NCBI GenBank assembly: GCA_964188305.1
Contig: OZ076886.1
Length of the DNA stretch: 64,000 nt
Direction: 5' to 3' (one strand)
From: Podarcis bocagei
Taxonomy: Eukaryota
Positions 13,443 to 27,783 of the stretch are shown piece by piece. Every line of letters starts with the position of its first letter. The first letter of the stretch is position 1. The notes beneath the pieces were generated by a model. It worked only from the letters and a program-made list of their open reading frames with translations. It made no database searches and was not told where the DNA came from. A program made the position numbers and the translations under genes.

Positions 13443-16400
13443 AATACAAGAACAAATTGATAGATGATTTTTTTTTAACATCCGGTAAACAGCAAAAAAA
13501 CACCAACACCAACCTGCTTAGCATTAAAAGTTTTTAAAAGTAATAGGAAACTAAATAAAAAGTCTTTGCCCAGTGCTGAAGGGGAGACAACACAGGCAGT
13601 GGATGAGCTATCCATGGAGAACTATCCATGCAGACAGAGCATCATCAGTGAGAAGGTCTCTGTTAGCTGCCACCTGCTGTGCTTTATTTGGTGAGAGAGC
13701 GCCCCCATCAGTGACTTCAGGAAATAGTCAGGATGTACTTGGTTAATAAGCCATGAAGGGTTATGAAGGTACCTCTACCCGTTACCATGAACTCTGTTTT
13801 CCCATGAAACAAGCTTGTGCGGGAAGCTGCAATTCATCAAGTGATGAGTAATCAAGTATTACGCCTGCATGTGTGAACTGCCTTCAAGGAGATTTTTATA
13901 CCATCTTTCATATTTTTATACCATCTTTCATATTTAACCACAGTCTCAAGGAAGATTCAAAAAATGTCGTTCTTACAAGCTTGGGGCCACACATAATGAA
14001 AAAATGCCGCCATGGGAGAATGCAAGTAAAAAGTTTCAGACTTTTGTTTCCTGTAAAAATATGTTATAAATTCATCCTGGGAGGCATTGCCCTGAAATTG
14101 AATAGTGCATCTGATGTAGCAAGATTGGTTTAAAGAGGCTGCAGGGCACTGAACACTTTTGCAGGGAAAGTATAGATACAGGTGATGATCCCTGATTGTA
14201 TAAATGAAAGTGCTTCTTCCTTTTACTTCCACGGATTTGGTCATGTACACTGTAGGGTGACACGCTGGATCGTCCCCCACACAGAGGAAGGATTAATTCT
14301 ACTTCAGCTATCCCTGAAAAATGATGATCTTGCCAGACAAATCCAGTTAAAGATTGGCCCCCACATCATACAACATCTAGAGGCATAAAAGAGCAAAGCC
14401 CGACACACTTTACAGATGGTTCATTTTTACAGGAGATTGCACTTTTGGAACGCTGCGATGGAAGTGAGTTTTCACAAAAGCTATTAAACAATGTGAATGA
14501 AACCCGTAGTGAGGGAAGTGAACTTAACATTTACGAGCGGTGTAAGTTTTGTAATAACATTTCATCTGTGTCTGGTAATTGCCTTTTTTCCAAATGCTAA
14601 CAGGGTTGACTGGAGGTAGCTGATTTCAGGAAAACCTGCCAGTTAAGATAATGTACTGCCAGCTGGTTAACACTTACTGAAACCCACAATATATTGGCAG
14701 CTCTAAGGTGATCTCTCAGGTGCTAGGAGTCAAGCAACAATGGGCAAAGACACCTAGACTGTGTTTGGCACTTGTGTAAATCCATGGGGTGGTTGATGGA
14801 CATCAATCAATTTCTTGCCAGTGAGATTGTTGGTCATACAATTTCTTCATTGGAATTTGAATTGTTTAATGCTGTGCAATTGTGCCATAAGTAATGTTGG
14901 CACCTGGCCATTCTGTGATGCCCCAATGTACATCTTCAGAGAGGCAAACATCTCTAGTGCAAACACTAGCTTTAATGTTGTGTGATAAGCCATCCCAGCC
15001 GTTAGATAACAAAAAGAACTCGGGGTGGGAGGAGCAAAATATGCGCAACATTATAAAACCCATCGCTCAAGATACTGACTTGTAGCTCTCCAGCCTTTCG
15101 CTCCCCGCTCCAGTCTTATTAATGCAGCAAGGAAAAGTGGGAGTATTTGGGGGGAACTGGGGGCTAAAGGGCAGGAAGGGCACAGTATGACTGATTAAAC
15201 CAAATGGATATGTGATGCTCATTGTTATAATTCACTGATTTAATGAAAAATTAATAGCCATTGATAATGAAACTCACTTAGGACTTAAGCTGGCACAGTG
15301 ACACAGCTTTATTGTCTAAAACTCCCCCTCCCGCAAATTCACTTTCAGTTAAATAGAAATAGTAAGATGCCTTTATTAAATTGCCCCCCCCCGTCAGCAT
15401 TAAGTGTCCTTCATATATAGCATGGTAGTGTTAAGAGTTTCCTGGAATTTTAATTAATGTGATTTGAATATTAAAAGCAAGCTCCCTTCCAGTGGATTTT
15501 GATTAGTTTTGAACTGTCAACTTCTGGAATGCACTCATGGTACGCATTAAACTGAACAGCACAATAGAAGGCTAGGAAAGGTCCCTGCCACACTGCAATC
15601 TTTCGGCGCTGCAGAAGTATTGCTCTTCTGTAATCAGTAGGAAGCAATCCTTTTGCTGCGCTTTCACATAACACTATACTATATTACAAATCTTCAAAGC
15701 CCACCCCCATTACAAAGTGGGCGTTGTGTTACTGCAATCCCAAATCAAGGTTACAACAGTTTTCTCTCTCTCGTATATTTGCTGTTGGTGCACTTTCACT
15801 ACAGTTCATTTTTGCTTCAGACTTTCCCTCCCCTACCTGTTAAAACCATTATGAAAAAGGCATTGACTAGCTTTTCAAAAGTTATGGTGGGAAAAAACTG
15901 CATTGCAAGGCATGTAGCAGTGAAACAGCAGCCAGCCAGTAGGTTAGAATGCTGTCAATCGGCTTTTGGGCCTGTTTCCTTACCATGCTCCATTATACTC
16001 CCCTTGGGCAGACATCCCAGCTTTAACTCAATTGACATAGCTTTCCTTTGGGCTGCCTCTTCTTGCCTTGCACCTCAGCCTAACTGCTCATGGTGTTTGC
16101 TGGCAATGCTGGAGGCTAAAGTTTGGGTCAGTCTGGGCTCCCTACAGTCCAGCACCGTTGCTCTCTCATCTTTGGCAATGTGCCCTAACAACACCATAAT
16201 AATAATGTGAACAACCATCTTGCAACCCATGCACATCAAGAAATATGGAACGTTATTCCTTATTGCAATAGTTAACTGTGGCTACATTTAAACTCCTGGA
16301 TGTGCCTCACTTGCTCAACAGGTGATTTAGGCTGCAAGCACGTAGTCACTTAGCAGGGAGTAAGCACAACCGAACTTGGTGGGACTACCAAGAAGGCATT

Positions 16401-18959
16401 AATAGAATTGTTCCAGACTTCCGCAACCTGGAGCATGTTGTGTGACTACAACTCCCCTGATCATTGGCCATGCTGACTGGGACTGATGGAAGGGGTAGTC
16501 CGTTGATGACTGAAGGGCAGCAGCTTGCAGGAAGCTGGACTATACTGTTAATAGTCCACAGTCAAATCTGCAAAAGAGATTGACCCCCCCCCCTGGCCCA
16601 CAGAAGCAAAGCTGATTAAAAATATTGGCAAATTCTATGCAAATTATCCATGGCTTCTCAAGAGGAAGCACTGCTATGGAATTGCATAGTGCTGGAGATG
16701 GGTTCTTCAGGGACAAACAGGATTTATTTCTTCATTTTCTATTTGGCACTCTTTCGCTGAACGTGGATGTGTTTCCAGTGCAGGATCATTGATGGGTAAA
16801 TGCTATACATAATTTATAGATTATTTGCAACAAAACTCTCAACTGCGGGCATGTTCCCTACTGTGCAAGGGTTACTGCTGCGCCTTTATCCTGAAATTGG
16901 CTCTCAGGCTCATGCAGTTTATTTATTATGAGTGGTTTATTAAATGCCTGTAATTGGCCAGACAATTCAGCACATGCATTTACAAATGCACTTAATTTAA
17001 AATGTTTCCTGAATGTGTGAGGCCTTTTGTGGAGATCTGAGCAGAGTCTATACAGTCAATAATGCGGTGGTTCTAGTCTAGTGAATAATGTGTTGAAATA
17101 ATGCATTAATGCAAGCTTTTGCTGCTATAAATGTGTTAACCCTTAGGAACCACAGTTGGGAAGCCGCAGAGTGACTCCAATGGCTGTTCTGGAAGCAATT
17201 AATGTGAGATGTTATGCAAATTTTGTACCTGGTGTTTGTTATCCAGTTTTTATCCTTAAGAAATTACTTCATTTCTCCTATACCAGTTTGTGGTTTTTGT
17301 TTTTTTTTGTCTGTAGACATGACATCTAGGATATATAGAGCTCCCCCCTACCTGGGCCACTTGCAAATTGTTGAGAGTCTTGGCAGACCACATAACTATT
17401 TTTCTTCCTGTTTAGCAGTTGTAATACTTGGGGTCATTCTCCATCTTGCTCCCAGCCATGGCTCTATTCCTCTGAGGAAGGCAGAGCCTCTTCCTGCCAT
17501 TACTTCTAGTCTGTCCTTCTTGGAAGACTGCTGGATTTTAAGAATGATGGAGTGGCGGCTGTGCCCACTATTCTTCACACATTGCTGCTGCTGCCTCCCT
17601 GCTGCCCCCTGCCACCCCCTCCTGCCCCTCAGCTGTGGCCAGATACCCTTGTTGCTATGGCCTACCCACCACTGCCATTGTGATGGGGCTTTCCTGGGCA
17701 GCCTCCAGGTGGCAGCGTGGCTGTAGCGGTGCAGGAGGAGGAGCAGGAGGCAGCAGCAAGCACCTGGCAGGGATGAGTGCCTGGTGACAGCAAGTAGCAT
17801 GGCACTGCCACTCATGGGAGCTTGCCGCCCTGAGGCAACTCGCCTCATCACCTTATGGTTGGGCTGGCCCTAATTTTAACTATTGACGTAGGTTTCATTA
17901 AGGGTGGAGATTATATTGGGTAGTCCTTCTGGAGACCTGAGAGATTTGCCATTCTATTCTTATTCCTCCCTTTTATTATTATCGAAGAGATCATACTGCT
18001 GTGGGTTTCTCTGGAAGAAAGAAAAATCTTTCCCAGGCATCCTGCTCCCCGGTTTAAGATGTGGGTGGAATTTGGATGTTGTTGTATACACTTTTTCTGT
18101 GCTCTGTGTACTTAATGAGCTCTGCAATTAATTACAGTAATAAGATTATTGGTAAGAAGTGGCAGATTTAGAGAAGGATGATTAGATAATTAGAGATAAA
18201 TTGCTGTTTGTGGGACCTTATTGAATATGTTCTGCAGATTGTCTGGCTTTGAAGAGATAATTGAGTCACTGATTAATGAGGGCTTTGGCAGCAGCCCTGA
18301 CTACAGCTCTTCTCACCTGGGTGAGACCGTGACTGTCACCATGGCAAAGAAGCGCAACCTGGGGGATGTGGAATAACTTTACTTTCAAACTGTAATGGTG
18401 GAAGAGCTAGATAAGGAAGCTGGAATAGCTTGCCTGTGTTTCAGGATAAATTAAATGAGGGGACATTTTTGTTTTTACTGCCCTATTTCAGCAGGCTTAA
18501 AGGAATGTCTTTCCATAGCAACGATGTCTCCTGAGGAATTCTGTGTGAGGGAATTTCCTTCTGCACACAGTTCAGTTCATGTGGGCACTGGGTAGGCCAT
18601 GGGATCTCAGCATTGCAAACACATCATAGGCTTCTGCACACAGCAGGGGGAAACTGGTATTGGTGGACGCGTGATATCATTTGGGGCAGCTTGTCCACTA
18701 TTCCCGATTGTCTCATTCCTTCAGAAAACTCGAGCCTGCCTCTCCTGCTGCTGCAAACTTTTTATAATAATGCTACAGAAGAAATGTACACACGTTACTT
18801 AACACAGTGCAATACTGACCACAGTGATAGCTTATTTACTGTTGCCGTACCTTCCAGTTCCATTGGTGCTTTCCTGAATACTGTGCCTCATCCACTCATG
18901 GAAACCTTTGGTCTTTGCTATCATTACATGCCCCTCACCTTCTCCCTTAAAGAAAACAT

Positions 18960-19210
18960 GACTCTCAGTTTGATCTAATAAAGCCTTGATCTTGCCCACG
19001 ACCACCTGCTCAAGGACCTTGCCCAAGAAGGGGAAACTGGTGACTGGTCAGTAGTTACGTAAATTTTCTGTATCCAGGGAGGGCTTCTTAAGGAGTGGTC
19101 TTGCACTGCCTCCTTTAAGCAAGCAGGGAGCAGCCCTCTCGCAAGGAGGCATTAAGCACCTTGTCCACATCCTCAAGCCTTGCAAACTGAAACTCATCAA
19201 ACACAACAGG
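18960..19210 (-). mobile_element. Degraded L2/CR1-clade LINE reverse transcriptase fragment
   Basis: Frameshifted minus-strand translations give ...LK..ARPLLKKPSLDTENLRNY.PV... and LGKVLEQVV...LDQT, typical of the L2 RT region. Confidence 0.75.
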
Positions 19211-20469
19211 ACTAGACAGTGTTCTGGATACCTTGTGAGATTCATCTGCTATAGCAGGGCAGCCAGGGCAGGGTCCTGGCAGATGCAAGTGATTTTATCC
19301 TAAAAATGCTTCGCAAACAAGTTACAATGAGTTACCAGCAGTTTTACTGCCCCCTGTAAAAGGCCCTGTACTACCTGAAAAAGCTCTGCTGGATGTCGCA
19401 GGGAGAAAATAACATAGGTTTTAAAAAAATTATTTCAGATGTTTGATGCCATCTACATGGTGATACCAAATCATCAGAGCACATGTGTCTGCCCTATCCT
19501 TTCTTTCTTCAGTAGTTCTTTTTCATAATGTAATTCTGATGATTTTTGTGTTGCATGATATTTAGAATTTCTTTTCATAGGACTTGTGCTACTATGACTG
19601 TATCACTTTTTTTAAGGTGATCATGTTCCTTGAATTCCTCTTTCTAATTTCAGTACCTATCTTTGGCTTCTAGTCAGCCTTGCTAAATTGTATGTTTTAA
19701 GCTTGCAAACCTCTATCATTTGTTGTAGCTGTTTGGAAATCCTTCAATTTTGTTTCTGAAGCTGACAAATAAGACAGCAATATATTCGCTTCATAGGAAT
19801 TGACTCCTTCTCAGTTGATAATCCTTTGCCATCTCAGAATACCATCTATAGTTGATCAAATTTGTAAGCCAATTTAGGCAACTTCTTAGAGGGGAAAAGT
19901 GTATTATAAATTTTGATTTCAATGAAATAAATAGTACTCTCATGCTAGAAAGCATATTTTGACTCTTCCGTTGCCAGCATTTTGGGGCCTGTGCAAAAAG
20001 AGAATCTGCCATGGGTACAAAGGCATTCTTGTAATGCCTTTGAATGCCAGCTGCTGGGGAACAATTGTGGGAGAGGGTGCCCATGTTGTCTTGGTGAGCT
20101 TCCCAGAGGCATCTAGTCAACCACTGTGGGTGGGAACAGAATGCAGGGTAGCCCTTGGTCTGATCCTGCAGGGTGGTTCTTATGTTCTTAAACTGTATTT
20201 GCCAAAAGGTAAATGGAATTTACACAGTTAGTACCTTTTGTTACTGGCTGATAACTGGTATTGATTTAAGTAGTTCTCCTAACTTATTGGTAATTTTGTC
20301 TACAGTAGCAGTTGAAAGTGTTCTTTTAGATTTGCTTTTGTCATATCTCTTGGGTTCTTGAGATTTTGGTTCTCTGGTTTTATGTATTTTAGCAAGTGTA
20401 CCACTCCAGAGTTAAACCAGTCACTCTCAGTAATCTGACTTTTATTCTGCCTGACTTTATGTCACAAAC

Positions 20470-20890
20470 TGTGTGATCTTTAATACATGATTGACACCAC
20501 TCCCTGCTAACCGCTTTAAATTAGTCACATATGAGTCTTTACTTTTTTCTGTACTCTGAGCTCTAGTGAAGAATGTGTGCCTTTCATATGTAACATTTCT
20601 GCTGGGTGCACAGTACGCTGCAGATTTATTAATCAAAACTTGTGTCACCCCATTGCTTTATCTGCATTGTCATCGAAGTGAAAAATATTAAATACCTCTC
20701 TTGCTTCTCCACTTGCCACATAAAGAAACCATGCTGGCTAAAGTCTCTTCATCTTTCTAGTCTGGTCCCCTAACAATGCAGTACAGCTCACATTCTCCAG
20801 TTCTCTGCAGCATGTCTTTCATTTGACAACTGTCCTGGTCCATTTTTCGCTTCGCCATTTCATTTTCAGTATCTTTTTGAACTCCATGTT
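20470..20890 (-). mobile_element. Decayed Ty3/Gypsy LTR retrotransposon gag remnant
   Basis: The minus strand encodes AENWR..ELYCIVRG.D.KDEET...GEAREVFNIFHF (frameshifted), then AAYCAPSRNVTYERHTFFTRAQSTEKSKDSYVTNLKRLA. This matches the Gypsy gag pattern 'YC.P.KN..YER..F..R.Q...E....YV..L..LA'. Confidence 0.7.
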
Positions 20891-21909
20891 ACTTTGCTGA
20901 TGCAAACTTTGTACAGTAACACCACAGGAGACCAAAGTCTGCCGCAAGAAACCTTCCCCCAGTCCTGTAACTGCTGACAACTCCTAAACACAAAATTTAT
21001 ACCGCCTTACAATGCTTCTCTCCTGATATTTCCCAGAGCGGCTTCTTCTGTGCTCATACTAATAGGGCATTTTGCTTTTTTCTCCTAACACAGTTGGAGC
21101 ACTGCTGCCTTAGATCAGGGCTTGTGCTTAAGGACTGATACTGGGATCTTTCCAGCTGTTTAGGAGCAGGGTTGGGGAACCTGTGGCCTGCAGGTGTTGT
21201 TGGACTACAACTCTCATCATCCCACAACAGCAGAGCTTAGCTCTCTGTGTTTGGAGGATCCAAACATAGTTGCTCAAATTAGCAATTCTGTTCCTGGAAA
21301 ATTCTGTGCCTTGCATTCCATTGCTTGCTTTATTTATTTAACTTTATAAGCGCCTTCTCTCACAAAAGTGACCTGAAGCAACCCACGAAAATAGTATAAA
21401 GACTAAAACCAATTATAACAAACACAAGCAAAAACACCTCTATTCAGATAGCCAGCTCTGGGAGGAGGTGTGTGATTTCTCAGCTGCAGCAGGCTTGGAA
21501 CAGGTGAGGGTCGCTTGCCTCATCAGACCCAGGTGCTGCAATCAGCATTCAAAGCACCAAAGGGAAGCAGAGCTGAGGTGCTGTGTCTGCTCAACTGCCC
21601 ATGTCGATGAACATCAGCTTGGATTCTCCTGGACCTCTATGGGACTGTGCTTCGGGTTTGACTCTGGACTATATCTTGCCTGCTGGACTTCAGACTTGAC
21701 CCTGAACATTGCTTCCTGACCGTTGGACTCTGCTTGTGTGGATTGACCCTCTCAGACTCTGAATGTTGGACTCGGCATACTGACCAGGTAGGCCAGAGGT
21801 TCAGGACAAAGGCGAGGGTAAAGTGATGTATCTCCAGCATACAGCAGAAATTCCACAACTTAGGGGTTGCCATAGATATCACCCTCTCCCAGTGGTGGGA
21901 GGTGCTAGA

Positions 21910-22042
21910 AGACTTTTCTTCCTTGGAGGTTTTTAAGCAGAGGTTGTAGGCCCATCTGCCATGGATGGTTTTGTTGTGGTTCCTGCATTGCAGGGGGTTA
22001 GACTAGATGACCCTCAGGGTCCTTTCCAACCCTGCAGTTATA
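21910..22042 (+). mobile_element. CR1 LINE 3' end
   Basis: ccttggaggtttttaagcagaggttg...cctgcattgcaggggg.tagactagatgaccct...gtcc.ttccaac is the canonical CR1 3' UTR. Its tail is interrupted by the MITE at 22045. Confidence 0.8.
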
Positions 22043-22044
22043 TA

Positions 22045-22286
22045 CAGTGGTACCTCGGGTTACATACGCTTCAGGTTACATATGCTTTAGGTTACAGACT
22101 CTGCTAACCCAGAAATAGTGCTTCAGGTTAAGAACTTTGCTCCAGGATGAGAACAGAAATCGTGCTCCGACGGCGCGGCAGCAGCAGGAGGCCCCATTAG
22201 CTAAAGTGGTGCTTCAGGTTAAGAACAGTTTCAGGTTCAGTACGGACCTCCAGAACGAATTAAGTACTTAACCTGAGGTACCACTG
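22045..22286. mobile_element. Tigger/pogo-like MITE (242 bp) nested in the CR1 tail
   Basis: TA|CAGTGGTACCTCGGGTTA ... TAACCTGAGGTACCACTG|TA. Confidence 0.9.
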
Positions 22287-25200
22287 TACTTCTAGGATTC
22301 TACCAGTACACAGAATGTGGTGGTCAAGTCCTCTCTGTCCAAAAGGTGCCATAGCTAGTGAACCAACCATAGCTGCAAACACGCACCCCAACACCTTTAG
22401 ATGAAGATGATTTTGTATTTCTAGTATAAACTAAGCAAGCAAAAGCATGCATAGGTAAGAAATGGTTGTCCAGGGCTAGAGGTACCAAGGATCCCACTTG
22501 GATAATTGATGTAGTAGTGAGAGGGGTCTAAGTATATAGATTTCTCCTAAACACGAAAGGCAATGCTAGCCAGATCTGGAGGGCACCATTTTGGCTACCC
22601 GATAATGAGGTGTCAAGAGAGATAAGGTGTTTAGGGTTAAGGCAGTTGCATAATGATGCTGCTTCTGGGAGGAAGGGGCTGTCAAAAGAGGGGGAGGCCA
22701 ACCCACACTACCTGGATGGGTGTTTTGTACCTCTGTCTTGGTGGAGATTTTTTTATAATGCAACTGTGTGTATATATAGTTTTAATCCTGTCAATGTTCC
22801 ACTGTTTTTTAATTATTGGTTCTTAGCTGTTCTTAATTTTATCTGCAAGGCACTTCGAGTCCCTGTCAGGGAAGATGGCAGGGGTATAAATATATAATAA
22901 CAATATAACAACAGTGTCAGAGCAGAGGCACAGCTGCAGGGTTGCAATGAAAATGACAGATACTGTTGAGTGTGCTAGTTGGCTCTGCACAGGAAAGCTC
23001 CACATCCTTTTTGTTTTTTTATGTGAAACCAGCCAGCCTGTTCCAGAACACAATGAGAATGGACATGATCCTCTGGAAAGCCACACAGCTCCCATTTATC
23101 ACAAAAGAGCATCCACAGGGGGAAAGTTTCTCAAAGAATCGTGCTCGGCGTGCTCTTCTGGAAAAGACTGGGAAATCTGTTTCTGGAAGTGCTGATTTCT
23201 GCCAGCTGGGGGCTGTTTAATTTTCTGCTCATCTCCCCAAAAGGCAGAAGCCAGCTTGCATCACTTTATATCATGCAATCCTGCTGGGAAATTAACTAGG
23301 GAAAGGCAGAGGTGATGAAATACAGGCCACACAAGGCTTGCCTGAGTCACTGGCCTCTTTAGTCACAATGGTTTTGAGTTCTATAGTGCACAGAACATAG
23401 GACTACCAACTCTCCCCACCCCTTTCCAGGACAACTCCTTTTTGGGCTGCATGACAGATAGAAAGTAAGTAAGTGATTTTTTTACTCAGCAGGAAGTTGA
23501 TGAGATTCATCCTCTGAATGTCATCCAGTCATGCTCAGCATTAAAAGCTCAGAATCCTCTCGGAAATGAAAGTTGGCAACCCCACAAGAGACGGCCTTAA
23601 CAAGTGGAGGTGTAGGGAATATGGCAGTGCAGCATTTGGCTCATACAAGGTGGACACTGTAACAACAGGATACTGTCAACTAGGTGGGCCATGGGCCTGA
23701 TCCAGCACGCTCTTCTTATGTTGAGTTTGGACTTCAGGCTCTGTTAGGTCTATCCCAGTTTTGGAACACTCTTTTGTGATAGCAGAACCCCATTTTTACC
23801 AGCAAACCTAATGATCTGGGCATTTAGGATGTTAAATAGCTTTGATTATCAAAGAAAACTGAACCCATGGCATACATAGGAAGATGTGGGTTGATCTGCT
23901 GAGGATGTGTAGGAATGGAAACGGATGATCTATCCCCTCCAGCCCTATGATGTCTATCTTAAACTTGAAGCAGGAATGCAGCTCTGAGCAATGCACAATA
24001 TTCCCCCCCCCAATGTTCAGTGGATTCAAAGGGACCCCCATGGCATGGTCCCTTGTTGGCCTGCAGGAAGACTGAATGTGGCTTTTCTGTGCCTGATGTT
24101 GGCACCAGGCTGCAGTGGAGGTAATGTCAGGATAAATCCCTCATTCGTTTCTCTTGTTCTTCCTCCCTTTGCCAGCAACTGTGGTGAAATGCTGCACAAA
24201 ATGTCCACATCATGTCATAAAGCCCTGGCCCAAGAGAGTGAGCAATGCCAAAGAACATCCGCCAAGCAGTTTGTAATGAGAGTCCAGGTGGGTGCCAGAC
24301 ACAAAATCAATGAGGTGTCCTTCAGGAGTGTAGCACATGCAGGAGCTGGAGAGCTGTAACAGGAAACTGCTCAGAACACAAGCTAAAATTCATGTCCTGC
24401 TGGGGCAAAGATGGCCAATAGCAAGGCAGGATGTGTCAGCGATTGCTCACCCTGCGCATGGGGGTTGGCATGGAAATGTTCGAGAGAGATGTTTGGAAAA
24501 GAGATTCTTACTGTCTTGTAACAAAGTTAGCACAATGGTGATTGCTCCAAGCAGATTAAAACTTGGTTAGATTTGCATCTGCCCTCATTCACCTTTAAAC
24601 AAATGTTTCCCATGAAAATATTTAGGCTAGAATAAATCATAGAAACTTAGCTTTGCAAATAAGTGAATGTTCTACTCACATAGTTTCAAAAGTAACAGCA
24701 AACAAGTCTCCATCTTTTGGCATTACAGTAAAAGTAAATAAGAAAAAAGGTTCTAAATGTCTTTAAAAGAAAAGTACTTACAAAAAGGATCATGCAATAT
24801 TTGGGTTAGCAAAGATGCAGGCTTTAAAAATCTCCCTTTTGGAGAGATTCAGTTCACTTAGTTTTTCTTGCAGCTTAGTCATTGGCTGCATGGCTCCTTG
24901 CTCAAAAACAATACAGTAGCCTTTCAAAAGTTTGAAGCTATTTGCATGCCAGCCTCATGCCATAAACCTTTGTCATTTCTAACACATTCCCTTTCTCTGC
25001 ATATTCCAAATGGCTGATTTTATGCTTTAAGCAGGGATGGGGAACCCATGTGGCTGTCTGGAAGTTGGGAACGATATGTAAATTGCCTTGAGACTAATGT
25101 AGACGGAGATACATAAATTCATAAACTAAAAAATAAAAAATGAACTGCAATTCCCACCATCCCTAAATATTAGCTGTGCTTGCTGGGATTGATGGGAGTT

Positions 25201-27139
25201 TTAGTCCAACAACCTCTGGAGGGTGCCAGGTTAGCCACTGCGCTATGACTTCTGTTTCATCATGAAATGTGGACTTGTATTGGACTCCTTGTGAGGCTTT
25301 GCCAAAGTCATCCATATGTGATGCCAATGTTGCATCATAGCATGGGCAATGGGAAGAGCTAGTAGAAATGGCCAGCTATGAAAAAGAGTCTGTCCAACTC
25401 CTTTCATGGTTGCATTATTTGGTGCCACTTAGTTGCTGGTTAGTTACTGGAAACTGCATTTTGTTTCATTGGTGTGTAGATGGATATGACAACAAAAGCT
25501 GACCCTGCACATTTAGAGCTATGCGCTCACCACCACTGATGGCCTAGGGTCATAGAGGCCTCCTGCCTGCTAGCCTACCAAGACATTCTCTCTTTCCATA
25601 TTGAAAACCATTGAACCTCCACCTCACTTTATGAAGCAGCTCAAGAAGCACGATGCTGAATATGGGAAAGAGATGGGGGTGGAGTGGGGGTGGGGAATGA
25701 ATCACACTTCCAAGGTTTCATTTGGTGTGCTTCTATTGCACTTTGATCCATCCAATTATCCGAAAGGAGCCTGACTTGCAGAAAGGGCTTTAAATCCAGC
25801 AGACCTAGTGTGAAGCAGCACTCTGATACCTGTGGTTCTTGATGCTGGGTCAATGAGGAAAGGCAATGGGGGCAAACCTTTCAAGAGATGATGAACTACA
25901 TTGATTGGTACCTGCCAGCTGCTTTGCCTGAAATAGACTGAACAAGGGAGGTGTAGCAGCTGCAGGAGGAGAGAGGCGCTCTGCCTTGAATTCAGGCACT
26001 GCAGCGCAGACGTGGGATAATTGCTGAGGAATGGGTGTACAATGGCTCTCACTGATGTCTTCCTAGGCTGTGGCCTCAATCCAACACTACAGCAGTGGGT
26101 CTGTGCATTGCTCTGTCCTAACATTCGGGTTGCCTCTGGCTAGCCAATGGGGAGGAGACCGTTAGCCTGTGACATAGGAGCCAACTTTTAGGCGCTGAGG
26201 TCCCTTCACCCCCCAATATTTTTTTTGAGGGGGCTGCCCCCCCAGCTGATGGGCATTGCCATTCAAAAGGTATGTGTGGCCAGCATGTTCTGATCTATTG
26301 TGCAGGGTGGGGCTTCCCAGGGCCCCCCAATATTTTATTCAAATTGTGTGACATAACACACAAGGAAGTTTAGTCAGTCGTGTCCCTGCCCACACCATCC
26401 TCATGCCTACTTAGGGGGCTACAACTTGCATGCCATTGCTGGCTTGTCATTGCTCATCAAACTGCTATAGGTTCATGAACTGTGTGAAATGCACAAACCC
26501 ATTGGGAGAGAAGCTTAAGTAACGAATGACCACTGGCAGAACAGAGTGTGCAAGGTGGGTCTGCCTATAGAGGTTCCTCTTGTGCAGCAGCTGCCTTTGG
26601 CTAGAGTCCCCCCAGCCCCACATTCTTCACTGTCAAAGAACCTATTCATGAATTGGGGGGGGGGGGCTGCCCATTCATTTTCTGCCTTCTTCCCATAGGA
26701 ACCTATCCACCCCCCATTGTTGGTCTTAAGTAGCACAAAACGGTGTGGCTTCCCTCTCATTTTCACCTGGGTTTCTCTGAGAGCATTTTCTGGCCTCAGC
26801 AGATTGCTGTCTGTAGTGGAGTTTGAATTACATGGGTCACTGAGCATTAGGCTTGCTCCTCCGCTGCATAGCCATTCCCTGGAGCCTCATGGAGGATTTG
26901 GAGGGAGGAAGAGGGAGGCTCCTGGTGCTGATTAGCTAGCAAGAGAGGCTATGCACCTTCTTCAGTTTCTCTCACATGGTGATTTTTGCGTAGCGCAACC
27001 CCCCCTCCCCCAACATCATGATTCATGATATATTGCCAGGTAAGAATTATTAAACTGATATCATTATATGGACTTCAAACCGGTTTTGGACGACATACTG
27101 ATATATCACTCAGTCTGCTGATTTAAGATTGTCTAGCAT

Positions 27140-27290
27140 CAGTGCTTTTTTAAATGGGGGTACGCGGGGGTATGCATACCCCTAAACATGTGTGAATCTA
27201 AGTTTGGCCTCATTGGGGTCAGTATTTCGATATGAGTAGGAAAATGAGAGTACCCCTAAACATTATTTATTTTTTTAGAAAAAAGCACTG
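27140..27290. mobile_element. Small hAT-like MITE (151 bp)
   Basis: TIRs CAGTGCTTTTTT ... AAAAAAGCACTG and internal repeats of TACCCCTAAACAT. The 8-bp flanks match only partially. Confidence 0.7.
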
Positions 27291-27777
27291 TCATGCACCA
27301 TGCCTTCTCCCAACAATACTAGTCATCATTAGGCTCTTGGATTTCTTGAATAACCTTTCAGCAGGAGTGAAAGGTTCGTGTTTTATTGTATGTCATGGTA
27401 CAGATCTGGAAAGAGGTGGATCCTTCCTGTGCAGTCTTGGGATTTCTCTGCTACGGAATGCCATGTGTTTGTGTGTGGCTGCATGCTGGCTGAAATGTTG
27501 TGCCTCCTTTCTCAAGTATGCCGAGAGAACTCCTTCCTGCAGTTCAATAGCCCTCTGTGTGTAGGCAGCACAACTTTTTTTGTACATGTTAACAAAGAAG
27601 TAAAATAAGGACACTATAGAATTTGAAGCGCTAGATTTTATAGTTGCTCTTCACACGTCCACAAACACACAAACAAACAAACCTACCTCTTTGCTTACAA
27701 AGTTTGCAAAGCCAGCCAAGAAAGATGACCTCTTATGTGTACCAAAAGCGAACAGAGCTTTTTTCTGTTGAAATTGC

Positions 27778-27783
27778 TTTATT
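27778..27783 (-). terminator. Candidate SHISA6 distal polyadenylation signal (AATAAA on - strand)
   Basis: TTTATT on + lies at the end of a repeat-poor block whose minus strand is AU-rich with several UGUA motifs (27780-28050). It would imply a ~7.4 kb 3'UTR. Confidence 0.4.

Noticed and set aside
13892-13935. 20-bp tandem duplication (ATTTTTATACCATCTTTCAT twice)
   Set aside because: An ordinary slippage duplication with no evident function.
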